From a virus, in IMG/VR virus record IMGVR_UViG_3300036046_000008: a stretch of DNA of 48,745 nt. One strand, given 5' to 3'. Below, in pieces: positions 16,284-25,093 of this stretch. A program made the position numbers and the translations under genes. Numbering within the stretch: position 1 is the first letter of the stretch; the number at the start of each line of letters is the position of its first letter. The notes under the pieces were generated by a model. That model worked only from the letters and a program-made list of their open reading frames with translations. It was not told where the DNA came from and ran no database searches.

Positions 16284-16399
16284 TGGTCCTCCTGTAGTTG
16301 TCGGCGGTGACGCAGTTCGATCAGATCTTCAGCCATGAGCGACAGGAAATATGGCCCGAACATCAACAGAAGAATAATGGCGGAAATGACGTCGCCCAT
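16280..16399 (-). CDS. small hydrophobic protein (39 aa, not in track)
   Basis: Manual translation MGDVISAIILLLMFGPYFLSLMAEDLIELRHRRQLQEDQ; GAAGGGAAG RBS; stop overlaps next start as GTGA; coordinates approximate. Confidence 0.35.
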   Translation of the reverse strand: MGDVISAIILLLMFGPYFLSLMAEDLIELRHRRQLQEDQ

Positions 16400-16415
16400 T
16401 TGTGCTTCCCTTCAA

Positions 16416-16456
16416 ACAAAAAAAAGAAAACCTTAGCCCCGTGTTAGGGGGCTAAA
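16416..16456 (-). terminator. Intrinsic-terminator-like hairpin (conserved-loop family)
   Basis: Plus A-run then TTAGCCCC-GTGTTA-GGGGCTAA; just downstream of stop of 16461..16643. Confidence 0.5.
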
Positions 16457-16460
16457 GTCA

Positions 16461-16643
16461 TCAGACCTCCAGGTCCTCAAGAGCAGCCTTGAGCTTGGAG
16501 ACGGTCTTGTTCGTCTTGGTCTTCAGATCAGCAACCTCTTGCTCAACCTGCTGCTTACCCTTGACGGCTGCGTATGCAATGCCCAGGGTGGCGGCGAGGT
16601 TGGTAGTGGTCACGATCAGGAGTGCGACGGTGGAGCCGTTCAT
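16461..16643 (-). CDS. small membrane protein
   Basis: Track ORF trimmed to ATG at 16643 (MNGSTVALL...); the track N-terminus is translated promoter sequence. Confidence 0.55.
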   Translation of the reverse strand: MNGSTVALLIVTTTNLAATLGIAYAAVKGKQQVEQEVADLKTKTNKTVSKLKAALEDLEV

Positions 16644-16659
16644 TTCAATCTTCCTTTCG

Positions 16660-16696
16660 GTAGGGGGTCTCATTATACAGCATGCGATTCTCGCGA
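16660..16696 (-). promoter_or_regulatory. Conserved promoter-like element copy
   Basis: Minus strand TCGCGAGAATCGCATGCTGTATAATGAGACCCCCTAC then CGAAAGGAAG. Confidence 0.6.
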
Positions 16697-16709
16697 TGCC
16701 ATCGGCTCC

Positions 16710-16744
16710 AAAAACAAAACCATAGATCCTTGTGGGGATCTATA
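16710..16744 (-). terminator. Intrinsic-terminator-like hairpin (conserved-loop family)
   Basis: Plus ATAGATCC-TTGTGG-GGATCTAT with flanking A-run. Confidence 0.5.
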
Positions 16745-16760
16745 GCTTTAGAACTACTGG

Positions 16761-16904
16761 TTAACGGGTCTTGGCCAAACGGCGCCGAGCAACGATGAGC
16801 AGTCCAACGACGGCCGCGCCGTACGCAACAGTGATAGTGTTGTGAACGGTCGGGCTCTGGTTGTAGTGGTCAACGTTCTTCTGGCAGAGTTCAGTCCAGG
16901 TCAT
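16761..16904 (-). CDS. small protein with C-terminal hydrophobic segment (47 aa, not in track)
   Basis: Manual translation MTWTELCQKNVDHYNQSPTVHNTITVAYGAAVVGLLIVARRRLAKTR; AAGGAGAAG RBS; coordinates approximate. Confidence 0.4.
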   Translation of the reverse strand: MTWTELCQKNVDHYNQSPTVHNTITVAYGAAVVGLLIVARRRLAKTR

Positions 16905-16920
16905 GGTCTTCTCCTTAAGT

Positions 16921-16955
16921 AGTGGGTCTCATTATATGGCATGCAATTTTCGCGA
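16921..16955 (-). promoter_or_regulatory. Conserved promoter-like element copy
   Basis: Minus strand TCGCGAAAATTGCATGCCATATAATGAGACCCACT. Confidence 0.55.
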
Positions 16956-16961
16956 CCTAAC

Positions 16962-16995
16962 CAAGACTAAGACTCCGTGTGGGAGTCTTGTCTTA
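16962..16995 (-). terminator. Hairpin (conserved-loop family)
   Basis: Plus AAGACTCC-GTGTGG-GAGTCTT. Confidence 0.4.
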
Positions 16996-17001
16996 AGACG
17001 G

Positions 17002-17121
17002 CTATCGAACGACAGCCATGTCTTCGATCCGGCGGGTTGCGCGGGTCTGGCGACGCTTCTCTCTAAGGTCTTCGTCAAAGAGATAGGTCACCACAGTCGC
17101 GCGAGCGGCGGAAAGGGTCAT
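17002..17121 (-). CDS. small basic protein (39 aa, not in track)
   Basis: Manual translation MTLSAARATVVTYLFDEDLREKRRQTRATRRIEDMAVVR; GAAAGG RBS; coordinates approximate. Confidence 0.35.
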   Translation of the reverse strand: MTLSAARATVVTYLFDEDLREKRRQTRATRRIEDMAVVR

Positions 17122-17138
17122 GGTCTTTCCTTTCATTA

Positions 17139-17175
17139 GTAGGGGGTCTCATTATACTACGTGTTATTTCCGCGA
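17139..17175 (-). promoter_or_regulatory. Conserved promoter-like element copy
   Basis: Minus strand TCGCGGAAATAACACGTAGTATAATGAGACCCCCTAC. Confidence 0.55.
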
Positions 17176-17235
17176 CCTTCCTACAATTTTTGCTCCGGGG
17201 AATTTTTAGATTTTCAATTTATCCGAAGTGTGGGC

Positions 17236-17268
17236 AAAAGCTAAAACTCCTTGTAGGGAGCTTTAGCC
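17236..17268 (-). terminator. Hairpin (conserved-loop family)
   Basis: Plus CTAAAACTCC-TTGTAG-GGAGCTTTAG; downstream of 17296..17580. Confidence 0.45.
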
Positions 17269-17295
17269 TTTACCTTCAATCGTCCGGGGTTACGG

Positions 17296-17580
17296 TCAGC
17301 GCAGAATACGCAAGAAAGGCAGAGCCTTCGAGGTGATGACGTGAGTTCGTTCATAACCGACAATCACCAGAATTCCGGCAAGGTTACCAAGTACGGCAGC
17401 CCAAGCGTCCGGGCTCACGCGCTGAGGGCGGTCAATTTCCTTCAGCGCATAAAGCTTCGTTAGCTGGTCTGCCATCGCGGCATACTCGTCAGAGTCTGAT
17501 GTCAAGCCGGCCATTTCCGAGAAAATCTCGTCAATAGCCTCATCAAGCTTCGACTTCTCTTTAGTCTTACGGCGCAACAT
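17296..17580 (-). CDS. hypothetical protein
   Basis: Track ORF trimmed to ATG at 17580 (MLRRKTKEK...); upstream codons are translated promoter sequence. Confidence 0.55.
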   Translation of the reverse strand: MLRRKTKEKSKLDEAIDEIFSEMAGLTSDSDEYAAMADQLTKLYALKEIDRPQRVSPDAWAAVLGNLAGILVIVGYERTHVITSKALPFLRILR

Positions 17581-17593
17581 GGTGCTCCTTTCG

Positions 17594-17630
17594 GTAGAGG
17601 GTGTCATTATATGACGTGTATCAATCGCGG
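17594..17630 (-). promoter_or_regulatory. Conserved promoter-like element copy (variant)
   Basis: Minus strand CCGCGATTGATACACGTCATATAATGACACCCTCTAC then GAAAGGAGCACC ATG. Confidence 0.5.
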
Positions 17631-17824
17631 TCAGACCGCTCTACCGAAAATATAACGCGTTTCTTATGCTCCATGTCTAACGGATCGACATTAAGCTCCA
17701 AACTGAACAACTTTTTACCATCATGTTCAGTGATCAAAATAACACCGTCTGTTTTGCGCCGATGATAATACAAATATAACAGATTCAGACCGAGAAGCAC
17801 TAGAATTACTAGATACATTTCCAC
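17621..17824 (-). CDS. small membrane protein
   Basis: 67 aa; N-terminal TM helix; GTG start after TAGGAG. Confidence 0.45.
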   Translation of the reverse strand: MEMYLVILVLLGLNLLYLYYHRRKTDGVILITEHDGKKLFSLELNVDPLDMEHKKRVIFSVERSDRD

Positions 17825-17833
17825 GCTAAACTC

Positions 17834-19018
17834 CTATAGGTATGTAAACGCCGGATATGCCTCAAACCCCTCAGGGGTATCAGTACGAATATACTCAGTA
17901 ACACGAGCACGCACCATAGGCGTATATCGGCCACGGACCGAGACAATATCCCCCAGAAAATAATCCTGCCCGTAGACCCATTGCGATCGTGTAGACACCT
18001 CGCCGTCGACAGCTTGCAGTTTTAGATGGGCTTCGAGAATACGTTCGCCTTCGTCAACATTATGCTCGTTCCACTCAGTGTTATCATACCCTTCTTCGGG
18101 ATCGCCCCCGTCAATATAAAACACTCGACGACTAAGACCGGTTAGCTGCCCTTCCGGGCGACGAGCAATAACGATGCCGTTATTAACAAGAATCGCTGCC
18201 TCGTTATGGTAAATATCCATAGAGAAGGTATAGTTCGGCCGGATCAAATCGTCGATCTCAGTGTCAAAGATCACAATGGCGTACGTAGTCTGGCCATGGC
18301 TCTTGTTAAATCCGCGATACACGTCCCACCGCAGGGCAGTAATGTTTGTATTTGTCGCGCCCGTAACAGCACCTGTAGACGAATCAATATCTATTACGCG
18401 CCCTGAGGAAGGCGGTCGGATCGTCCGAAAACCATAAGGGCGATACCGTAAAAATTTCTGAACTTCGGGCAGCGCTGGGCCCGGACGAATAAACCGTTGC
18501 TTGATCGGCCCCGCGTTGCCGCTCGTAATATCGGTGGTGCTATCCGTGACGACAGTGTTTAAGACTCCATCGTTCGAATTCTTCGCGCTCACAACCGGAG
18601 GCTGCCGAGTATAGTCATACGTGGACCGTTCATGTAGGGCATGGTAAATCAATCGTAAAGCTGATGCAAGCGGTGAGTGCGAGAATGCTTTGTACCGCTG
18701 AGCTCGCTTTCTCCCCAAGACGCGATGATTCAGAAATGACGTGATAGATCTCCCAGACACAATAAGCTTCTCAATGCCGGCGTCATCCGTTTCAATGCGG
18801 ATATTCTCGACCATCATTACCTCAGTTGTCTGGCGCAGACTGACTAGGGTTTCCATGGGCAACACAGCCAAAGTCTTACGAACCGCATACGTCTCTAGCT
18901 GAAACTCGCCAGGCTCGGCGAAGCGCTCAGTCCAGATCAATGAATGATAATGCGTAATCGGATCGCCCACTGGCAAAAAGGTCGACGAGCTCAAAACAAG
19001 GAAATCTAAAGTAGACAT
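17834..19018 (-). CDS. minor tail protein (tail-tip, Tal-like position)
   Basis: 394 aa; second gene after tape measure; start abuts upstream stop. Confidence 0.5.
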   Translation of the reverse strand: MSTLDFLVLSSSTFLPVGDPITHYHSLIWTERFAEPGEFQLETYAVRKTLAVLPMETLVSLRQTTEVMMVENIRIETDDAGIEKLIVSGRSITSFLNHRVLGRKRAQRYKAFSHSPLASALRLIYHALHERSTYDYTRQPPVVSAKNSNDGVLNTVVTDSTTDITSGNAGPIKQRFIRPGPALPEVQKFLRYRPYGFRTIRPPSSGRVIDIDSSTGAVTGATNTNITALRWDVYRGFNKSHGQTTYAIVIFDTEIDDLIRPNYTFSMDIYHNEAAILVNNGIVIARRPEGQLTGLSRRVFYIDGGDPEEGYDNTEWNEHNVDEGERILEAHLKLQAVDGEVSTRSQWVYGQDYFLGDIVSVRGRYTPMVRARVTEYIRTDTPEGFEAYPAFTYL

Positions 19019-19840
19019 CTAGATCCCCCAATGCCGGCTACGATACTCAAAAGAGATCCATTCAAACTGCGAGGGATTGGATGTCTGAACGACGTGCGTG
19101 CCGCCATGTAGCGTTAACCATTTCGATTCTGCTGTCAGCATCTCCAAAAATCGGATAAACGAAGCCTCTCTTTTTAGTTTAACCTGTCGCGTGGCCTGAT
19201 TCGTATCAACAATCAGACGATCGTTTACTGCAAAAGCCGATTGGAAGTCCATAAAGGTTCCATTTTGAATTGCGATAGAGAAAGTCGAAACGGCTGTCAG
19301 AAATTTAATCTCAAAGGCCACGCCGGTAGGAGCGAGCCCCACATTGTCAATTGTCCACGTACTTGTTGCCGGCGGGATAAAACGGGTTACGTCCGGCTTT
19401 TCCAGATAAGGTCCTAGACAATCGATCGTAATCTGGACTTCTGGTTTCTTATTGAACGGAACAATCTCAATACGCTTAACGTAACCAACCGTCTCAACAA
19501 CAGCTTCGTTCTGGGAGAGAAAAACCACGCGAATGGACTGATTTGCCGGATCAACGCCCGGACTCAGCAGCCCGTACAGATAGTAACGCAAATCGGAGAC
19601 TGTTTGGCCAATCTTGTAATCAGGGTTAAGGCCCACCCGAGCAACAATCTGCCTGCCTTGCGAGCGCCGATCTACAAACACCCCGCCCGGAGTATGCGTC
19701 TCGGCGAGAACGACATCGAGTTCAGGCGGACCTAAACCGTCGATATGAGCAACTTGATACGGGTCGGTCGCCTTGACCCCAAAGATCGGCAAGTCGATCT
19801 CGGTCAGACCAATGAGCCGGACTGCGTCAAATACAATCAT
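19019..19840 (-). CDS. minor tail protein (distal-tail, Dit-like position)
   Basis: 273 aa; immediately downstream of tape measure with ATGA overlap. Confidence 0.5.
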   Translation of the reverse strand: MIVFDAVRLIGLTEIDLPIFGVKATDPYQVAHIDGLGPPELDVVLAETHTPGGVFVDRRSQGRQIVARVGLNPDYKIGQTVSDLRYYLYGLLSPGVDPANQSIRVVFLSQNEAVVETVGYVKRIEIVPFNKKPEVQITIDCLGPYLEKPDVTRFIPPATSTWTIDNVGLAPTGVAFEIKFLTAVSTFSIAIQNGTFMDFQSAFAVNDRLIVDTNQATRQVKLKREASFIRFLEMLTAESKWLTLHGGTHVVQTSNPSQFEWISFEYRSRHWGI

Positions 19841-22800
19841 AGCTGACTCAAAGCCTCCTTTGCGAGATCCAATTGATTGCGCGTATTCCGATAGATTTCC
19901 AAAGCGCTCAGAGCCTTGGGCGAGTTGTTGTACTGCTTAAATTCTACGCGAGCTTGCCGAGCGAGCTCCGCTTGCTGCGCAAACGCCTGAGCACTTACCG
20001 CCCGCGCTTGAGCAATATCTCCGGCCCGATTCACAGAGACCTGAGGGGTAAGCCTACCATTACGAAGCAACGCGTTGGCTGTCGCTGCGTCTTTACGGAA
20101 CGAAGTAAGGTCTAGAACAGGCGCCACGACTGGGCGAATATTCAGATCGCCGTCCATCATCTTGTCCATGTCTTTCAACGACGCCTTCATCGCACTAATA
20201 GCAGCATTCCCGACCCGCGCGGCAGACTTCTGAACCTGCTTGGAATTGTTATCCAGCCCGACAACGAGGCCGTCGTCGAAATATCGGCCCAGAAGCATTG
20301 TTTCTCGCGCCGGCGAGTTGATGCCAAACACATCCTTGGCAGCCTGAAGGGCGGCAATGGCGATTCGACGCGCTTCGGCCACAACTCGACCAACTCCGCT
20401 CGCAAGCCCACCCGTCATGCCATCAATGATTGCGCCAGCCAGATTTGCACCCGCCGCGCGCAAGTCGCCCGAACGATTTCTGATAGTGGTCGCGACGCCA
20501 TTGATAAACTTAATCACCGCATCGGCGCCCTCGTTCACCAATTTATTTGCTCCCTGACTAACCTCTCGAATGAACCGAGTAATAAGATTGATCCCAGCGT
20601 TCACGACCCGCGACATATTGTTGGACACACCGTTGATAAACTTTACCACAACGTTGACGCCAGCCGTAACAATCCGGTTCATGTTGCTCGCCAGACCGTT
20701 CAAGAAACGAACAACAATATCGCTGCCCAGCCGGACAATTTGCGGAATATTATCCCGGATCCCACGCATCAGACGAACCAACATCTCGAAGCCAACAGTG
20801 ATCAACGTCGGGAACAAGGCCCGAATATTCTTAATTCCTTCGAGCACTAGAGTGCGGAATGCTTGACCCATCTTTGGGACGTTCTGGATGACCGCGTCCA
20901 AAAGTGCGCCCAACAAGGCAGAGAACGCCTTTACCAGTTCTGTGGCACCTTTCCCAATCGTCGCGACGAACTCGATCATGCCTCTGGCCAAGGCGTTCGC
21001 AAGCCGCGGGATTGCTGTGGCCACATGCTCGAATCCGTCGCGAATAATTTGAACGCCCACCTGAACTGCTTTGATCGCGACATAGAAGGCTGCGGCAAAT
21101 ATAAGAGACGCTGCGCCTACAGCAGATAGGCCCAACCCAAACACAATCAGTGCCGCCCCACCAGCCGCAATCAAAGGGGCAGCGGATCCAAAGGCAACGC
21201 CCGCCGCAAAGAGCAAAGTCATTGCGATCGTAAAGGAGATAAGCGACTTTACCAGGTCGCCCCAACTCAATTCGCTCAATGACGTAATAACTGGGATAAA
21301 TATAGCAATGGCGGCTGCCGCTACAAGCAACGCGCCTGCGCCTGCCATGGTACCCGACATAGCTGCCAAAGCAACACCAATAATAGTCAGCGCCAACGCA
21401 AGCGTAATAAGACCTTTAGCAATCTCGCCGATTGACATCCCGCCAAACGTCTGAACAACTTTGCTGATGATGAGGAGAGCGCCAGACAACACGAGCAAGG
21501 CTGCCGCGTTCGCAAGCATGTTGGTAGGCATTTTGCTCATAGCTTTCGCCAAAATAACTAAGGCGGCGGCCATCACCAGCAAGCCCTTGCCCGACTCTTT
21601 AAGCTCTGGCCCCGCAAAAGACTGAATTGCTTTGGAGAGAAGGAGCAACGCTCCTGCAATAATAACCAGACTCACAGCCTGCCCTTTAAGGGGCGGCATC
21701 ATCTTCATGCCTTGACTGATGACGATCAAAGCCGCGGCTACAGCAGTCAGGCCTCGGGCAAGGTCACTCCAACTCAACGCGGCCAAGTCTTCTAGAGCCT
21801 GCGCAAGAATAACCATTGCCGTCGCAATTGCGATAATCCCGAGCCCGGCTCTAATCAACCCCTTGGGGTCCTTGGCCAAGGCATTGGCCGCCTTCGTCAG
21901 GGCAAGCAAACCGCCCGCAATGCCAACAAGACCTTTAGCAATCTCTTCCCAGCTGAGGCCGCTCAACCGCTTTAGAGCAGCCGCAAGAATAAGCAAGGAC
22001 GTTGACAACAGGACAAGGCCCGCCGCGAGCGCCGGCATCTTAACAGCTGCGGGGGAGTCAACAATTCGGTCCATGATTGCCATGCCGCCAAGCAACACTG
22101 CAAATCCCGCAGACATCGCTCCAATCGCTTTCGCTAGATCTGCGGCGTTGATCATAGACAAGATTACTAGCGCCCCTGCTAGAATCGCGATAGCCCCAGC
22201 GATCTTGAGCAGAGCATTGGCTTTCAGATTTTGCTGCATGCCTTCGAGAACGCCGGTCAGCCCCTGCAACGAGTCCTTGACGCTGTCCAAGAACCCACCA
22301 GACAGATCCAACGACACCCCGAAGCCTTCGCTGACAAGTTTGCGGATCGCTACCGCCAGAGCCCCTGCCCCGGCTGCGCCGCCCAGCGTAAATATAGACG
22401 ACCAGTCGATGCCGGCAAATACCTCAGAAAAGCGTTCTCTAACAGACTTGCCGAACTCTCCAATTTGCGAAAGGATTGGCGCAACAAAATCGCCAAAGCG
22501 CTTGAAAGCGTCACTCAACCCTTGAACACCTGTGGTAACACTTTCGACAACACCACTCAGCACACTAACCTGAGGTACCCCATCGTCAACCTTCTTGAAG
22601 AAATCGCCCACCTTAGCCGCGATCTCGAGGAAGCCGCCCGACGCGCCAAACAGCGCCGCAGCCAAGTCAAATATAAAGCCCGCAATACCCTTGATGACTT
22701 TGATGCCGATCGACAAGGCTGAGAAGACCCCTGTAGCAATGCGCCCGATTTGTTCAAGGGTTTCCTGAGACGGAATGAGCCCTTCGGTGAACTCTCGGAA

Positions 22801-24081
22801 TCGCGCCGTCATATTAACGAGATCGTCAACTGTCGTACGTGGAAATACATCACGGAATGCTTCGCGTACCGTTTGCAATACCGATCCGAGCCCCTTGAAA
22901 ATATTCGCGAGGCCTTCGATCAGATCAGTGCGACCACCGGCTTTAGCCCAGCCGCTCAGCAGCTCATTTCGCGCGCTCGACGACTCTTCAGTAATATTGC
23001 CAAATACAGTACTAATACGCGTGAACAGGTTCGTTGCCTGATTAAAGTTACCGATAACTGTACGGAAAGATTCCGACCATCCTGAGGCAACGGCTTCTTT
23101 GGCCGTATCCATAAGTTGAGTAAAAGTTCTTACCTTAGTCGCAGCCTCAACACCGGTTTTACCCAACTCTTGAATCTGAGCAATTTGCTCGGCAGTAAAG
23201 CCTTTCGCCTGAAGTTCAGCCTTGGACATCTCCCCAGTGAAGCCTTGGAGAGTGGTTGTTAGAACTTCACTAGTAACCCAACCCTTCTCCAAGGACCCCC
23301 GAAATGTATTGCCTGCGTCGGTCCACTGCTTGAAAGTCGTATCAATGGGAACATTTTCGATCGTTCCGAGTGCCTTGCCCGTCTCGAACAAAGCTTTCTG
23401 GAAGACCTGCCCACCCATACCCGCGTTGACGACCGAATTCCAGTCCATCAACTTGACGCTGCCAGCGGCAATCGCCTGTGACAACTGATACATTGCAGTG
23501 GACGCTTGCTGCGAGGATGACCCTGAGATCGCCGCCAGGTTCGCCAGGCCCTTGATCGACTGAACTGAGGTGTCGAGGTTCACGCCTGCTGCGGTGAACG
23601 TACCAATATTCCGAGTCATCTCGGCAAAGTTATAAATCGTCTTGTCGGCGTACTCGTTCAGCTCATCAAGCGCATCATTAACCTGGCGCAAGTTTGTGTC
23701 ATTAGTGTTTGCCAAAATAGTCTGAATAGACCGAATATTTAGCTCGTACTCTTGAAAACCTTGCATGACGGGCTCAAGAGTAAGAGATTTAACAAGACTA
23801 ATCCCGGCGTCGACGGCCCGATTTGTGATGTTTGCCAACGCCGTAATAGCAACCGTCGCCATGCCGAGGAAGGCGGTACTCACTCGACCAGCCGACTGCT
23901 CCAAATTGTTCAAATTCACTTTAGACGCTTCGGCCCCCACATTTTGAAGCGCTTTTTGTGAAGAACCAAAGTTCATGGCGTCTTTAAGCTTGCTGATGGC
24001 AGCCATCGTGACCGACGCCGCAGTTAGAAAATCTTTGTTGTCGAATTTCATCGTGAGAATTCGACTTTCAACGGTTGCCAT
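19837..24081 (-). CDS. tail tape measure protein
   Basis: About 1414 aa; Ala/Gly/Leu-rich with long hydrophobic stretches typical of TMP; start set to ATG overlapping upstream stop (TGATG). Confidence 0.8.
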   Translation of the reverse strand: MATVESRILTMKFDNKDFLTAASVTMAAISKLKDAMNFGSSQKALQNVGAEASKVNLNNLEQSAGRVSTAFLGMATVAITALANITNRAVDAGISLVKSLTLEPVMQGFQEYELNIRSIQTILANTNDTNLRQVNDALDELNEYADKTIYNFAEMTRNIGTFTAAGVNLDTSVQSIKGLANLAAISGSSSQQASTAMYQLSQAIAAGSVKLMDWNSVVNAGMGGQVFQKALFETGKALGTIENVPIDTTFKQWTDAGNTFRGSLEKGWVTSEVLTTTLQGFTGEMSKAELQAKGFTAEQIAQIQELGKTGVEAATKVRTFTQLMDTAKEAVASGWSESFRTVIGNFNQATNLFTRISTVFGNITEESSSARNELLSGWAKAGGRTDLIEGLANIFKGLGSVLQTVREAFRDVFPRTTVDDLVNMTARFREFTEGLIPSQETLEQIGRIATGVFSALSIGIKVIKGIAGFIFDLAAALFGASGGFLEIAAKVGDFFKKVDDGVPQVSVLSGVVESVTTGVQGLSDAFKRFGDFVAPILSQIGEFGKSVRERFSEVFAGIDWSSIFTLGGAAGAGALAVAIRKLVSEGFGVSLDLSGGFLDSVKDSLQGLTGVLEGMQQNLKANALLKIAGAIAILAGALVILSMINAADLAKAIGAMSAGFAVLLGGMAIMDRIVDSPAAVKMPALAAGLVLLSTSLLILAAALKRLSGLSWEEIAKGLVGIAGGLLALTKAANALAKDPKGLIRAGLGIIAIATAMVILAQALEDLAALSWSDLARGLTAVAAALIVISQGMKMMPPLKGQAVSLVIIAGALLLLSKAIQSFAGPELKESGKGLLVMAAALVILAKAMSKMPTNMLANAAALLVLSGALLIISKVVQTFGGMSIGEIAKGLITLALALTIIGVALAAMSGTMAGAGALLVAAAAIAIFIPVITSLSELSWGDLVKSLISFTIAMTLLFAAGVAFGSAAPLIAAGGAALIVFGLGLSAVGAASLIFAAAFYVAIKAVQVGVQIIRDGFEHVATAIPRLANALARGMIEFVATIGKGATELVKAFSALLGALLDAVIQNVPKMGQAFRTLVLEGIKNIRALFPTLITVGFEMLVRLMRGIRDNIPQIVRLGSDIVVRFLNGLASNMNRIVTAGVNVVVKFINGVSNNMSRVVNAGINLITRFIREVSQGANKLVNEGADAVIKFINGVATTIRNRSGDLRAAGANLAGAIIDGMTGGLASGVGRVVAEARRIAIAALQAAKDVFGINSPARETMLLGRYFDDGLVVGLDNNSKQVQKSAARVGNAAISAMKASLKDMDKMMDGDLNIRPVVAPVLDLTSFRKDAATANALLRNGRLTPQVSVNRAGDIAQARAVSAQAFAQQAELARQARVEFKQYNNSPKALSALEIYRNTRNQLDLAKEALSQL

Positions 24082-24470
24082 CAGGAAGTCACCACCTTCC
24101 AAGCCTCAGCGGCCATCGCGTCAAATATCGGACGAATTGCGGGGTTAATGTAGTCACGGCCTTGAACATACCCGCCGTTTCGAGTGCCATGGCCTACCTG
24201 CAGTAGAACCGCGATGGGCGCCCCATCCACCACGTGTGAATTGCCCCAGATGATGGAATAGGTATCACGTTCTTTCTTAATTTCATAGTACCACGACTGG
24301 GCGGTAACACCACTGTCAACAGGGGTAGCCGCCTGCAACGCTGCAACGCCGATGTCGCCATACTTTGCCAGAATATCTAAGGCTTGTCCGGCCGCCATCT
24401 TTTGCAGGAGAGCCTCCGTCTTCTGAAAGGAGCCCGAGGACGAAAACGAAAACACAATTGCTCCCTTCAA
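24081..24470 (-). CDS. tail-module protein (HK97 gp10-like size and position)
   Basis: 129 aa, immediately upstream of TMP. Confidence 0.45.
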   Translation of the reverse strand: MKGAIVFSFSSSGSFQKTEALLQKMAAGQALDILAKYGDIGVAALQAATPVDSGVTAQSWYYEIKKERDTYSIIWGNSHVVDGAPIAVLLQVGHGTRNGGYVQGRDYINPAIRPIFDAMAAEAWKVVTS

Positions 24471-25085
24471 TCAAGCATTGAACAAGGAGACCACTTCCGC
24501 AACCGGCGGCAGTCTGGGATGAGCCTCGTCAGACCCATAGAGAATCTTTTCAATCTCGTAGATCTTGGAGGAGTTGGCTTCATTTGAGTCAACAAAAATA
24601 TGAGAGGAGGGACGAGCCCCAGCAATTGGCACTGGAGTGGTTCTAAATATAAAGGTAAACGGTTTCAAAGTGGGTGTAGCACTGATTGTTTCGTAAGACG
24701 TTGTTTCGATGGTCGCAACCACATTGTAGACAATATGAATCCGATACCCTTCGCCAGTGCGCGTACGATAACTGAATCCGAACACGGACGAAGGCGACTG
24801 ATCCCCCACGAAAGTACGACCGTCGCAAAGAGCCAGAATGTGATCCTCGAGCATGTAGGGATAAATATACGCGCCGACCTTAGCAGAGTAATCTGACAGA
24901 TCTTGTTCAACGTTGTAGCAAATCCCGTCAAAATATAGTGGGTTCCCTGGGACCGCCGCAACATCCTCTGTCAAGGACACCAAGCCGTTCCACTCGACAG
25001 ACTCATTGTTATCGAAAAACAAAACTCCCCGATCGATCCCGGATTCAAAAGTCCTAGGAAGAGTCTCCCAAGAGAGTCGTGTCAT
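24471..25085 (-). CDS. tail protein, member of 3-gene paralog family (major tail subunit candidate)
   Basis: 204 aa; shares W..YE.GVD.GV, FGFSYRT, GY.IH.VYN and LYG...P.LP blocks with 25094..25783 and 26365..27024; TAGGAGA RBS. Confidence 0.55.
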   Translation of the reverse strand: MTRLSWETLPRTFESGIDRGVLFFDNNESVEWNGLVSLTEDVAAVPGNPLYFDGICYNVEQDLSDYSAKVGAYIYPYMLEDHILALCDGRTFVGDQSPSSVFGFSYRTRTGEGYRIHIVYNVVATIETTSYETISATPTLKPFTFIFRTTPVPIAGARPSSHIFVDSNEANSSKIYEIEKILYGSDEAHPRLPPVAEVVSLFNA

Positions 25086-25093
25086 GAGGTCTC

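Noticed and set aside
13203-17268. CRISPR-like array suggested by recurring palindromic hairpins
   Set aside because: Units are not identical, spacing is irregular (hundreds of nt, each separated by a gene), and each has a U-tract; consistent with terminators, not CRISPR repeats.
797-17630. T7-like single-subunit RNAP promoters on the plus strand (GGTCTCATTATA, and GGTCTCACTATAG at 14885..14897)
   Set aside because: The resemblance is on the strand opposite to every gene, no T7-type RNAP gene is present, and the same bases read on the minus strand as a TATAAT-containing element correctly spaced from RBS and start codons.
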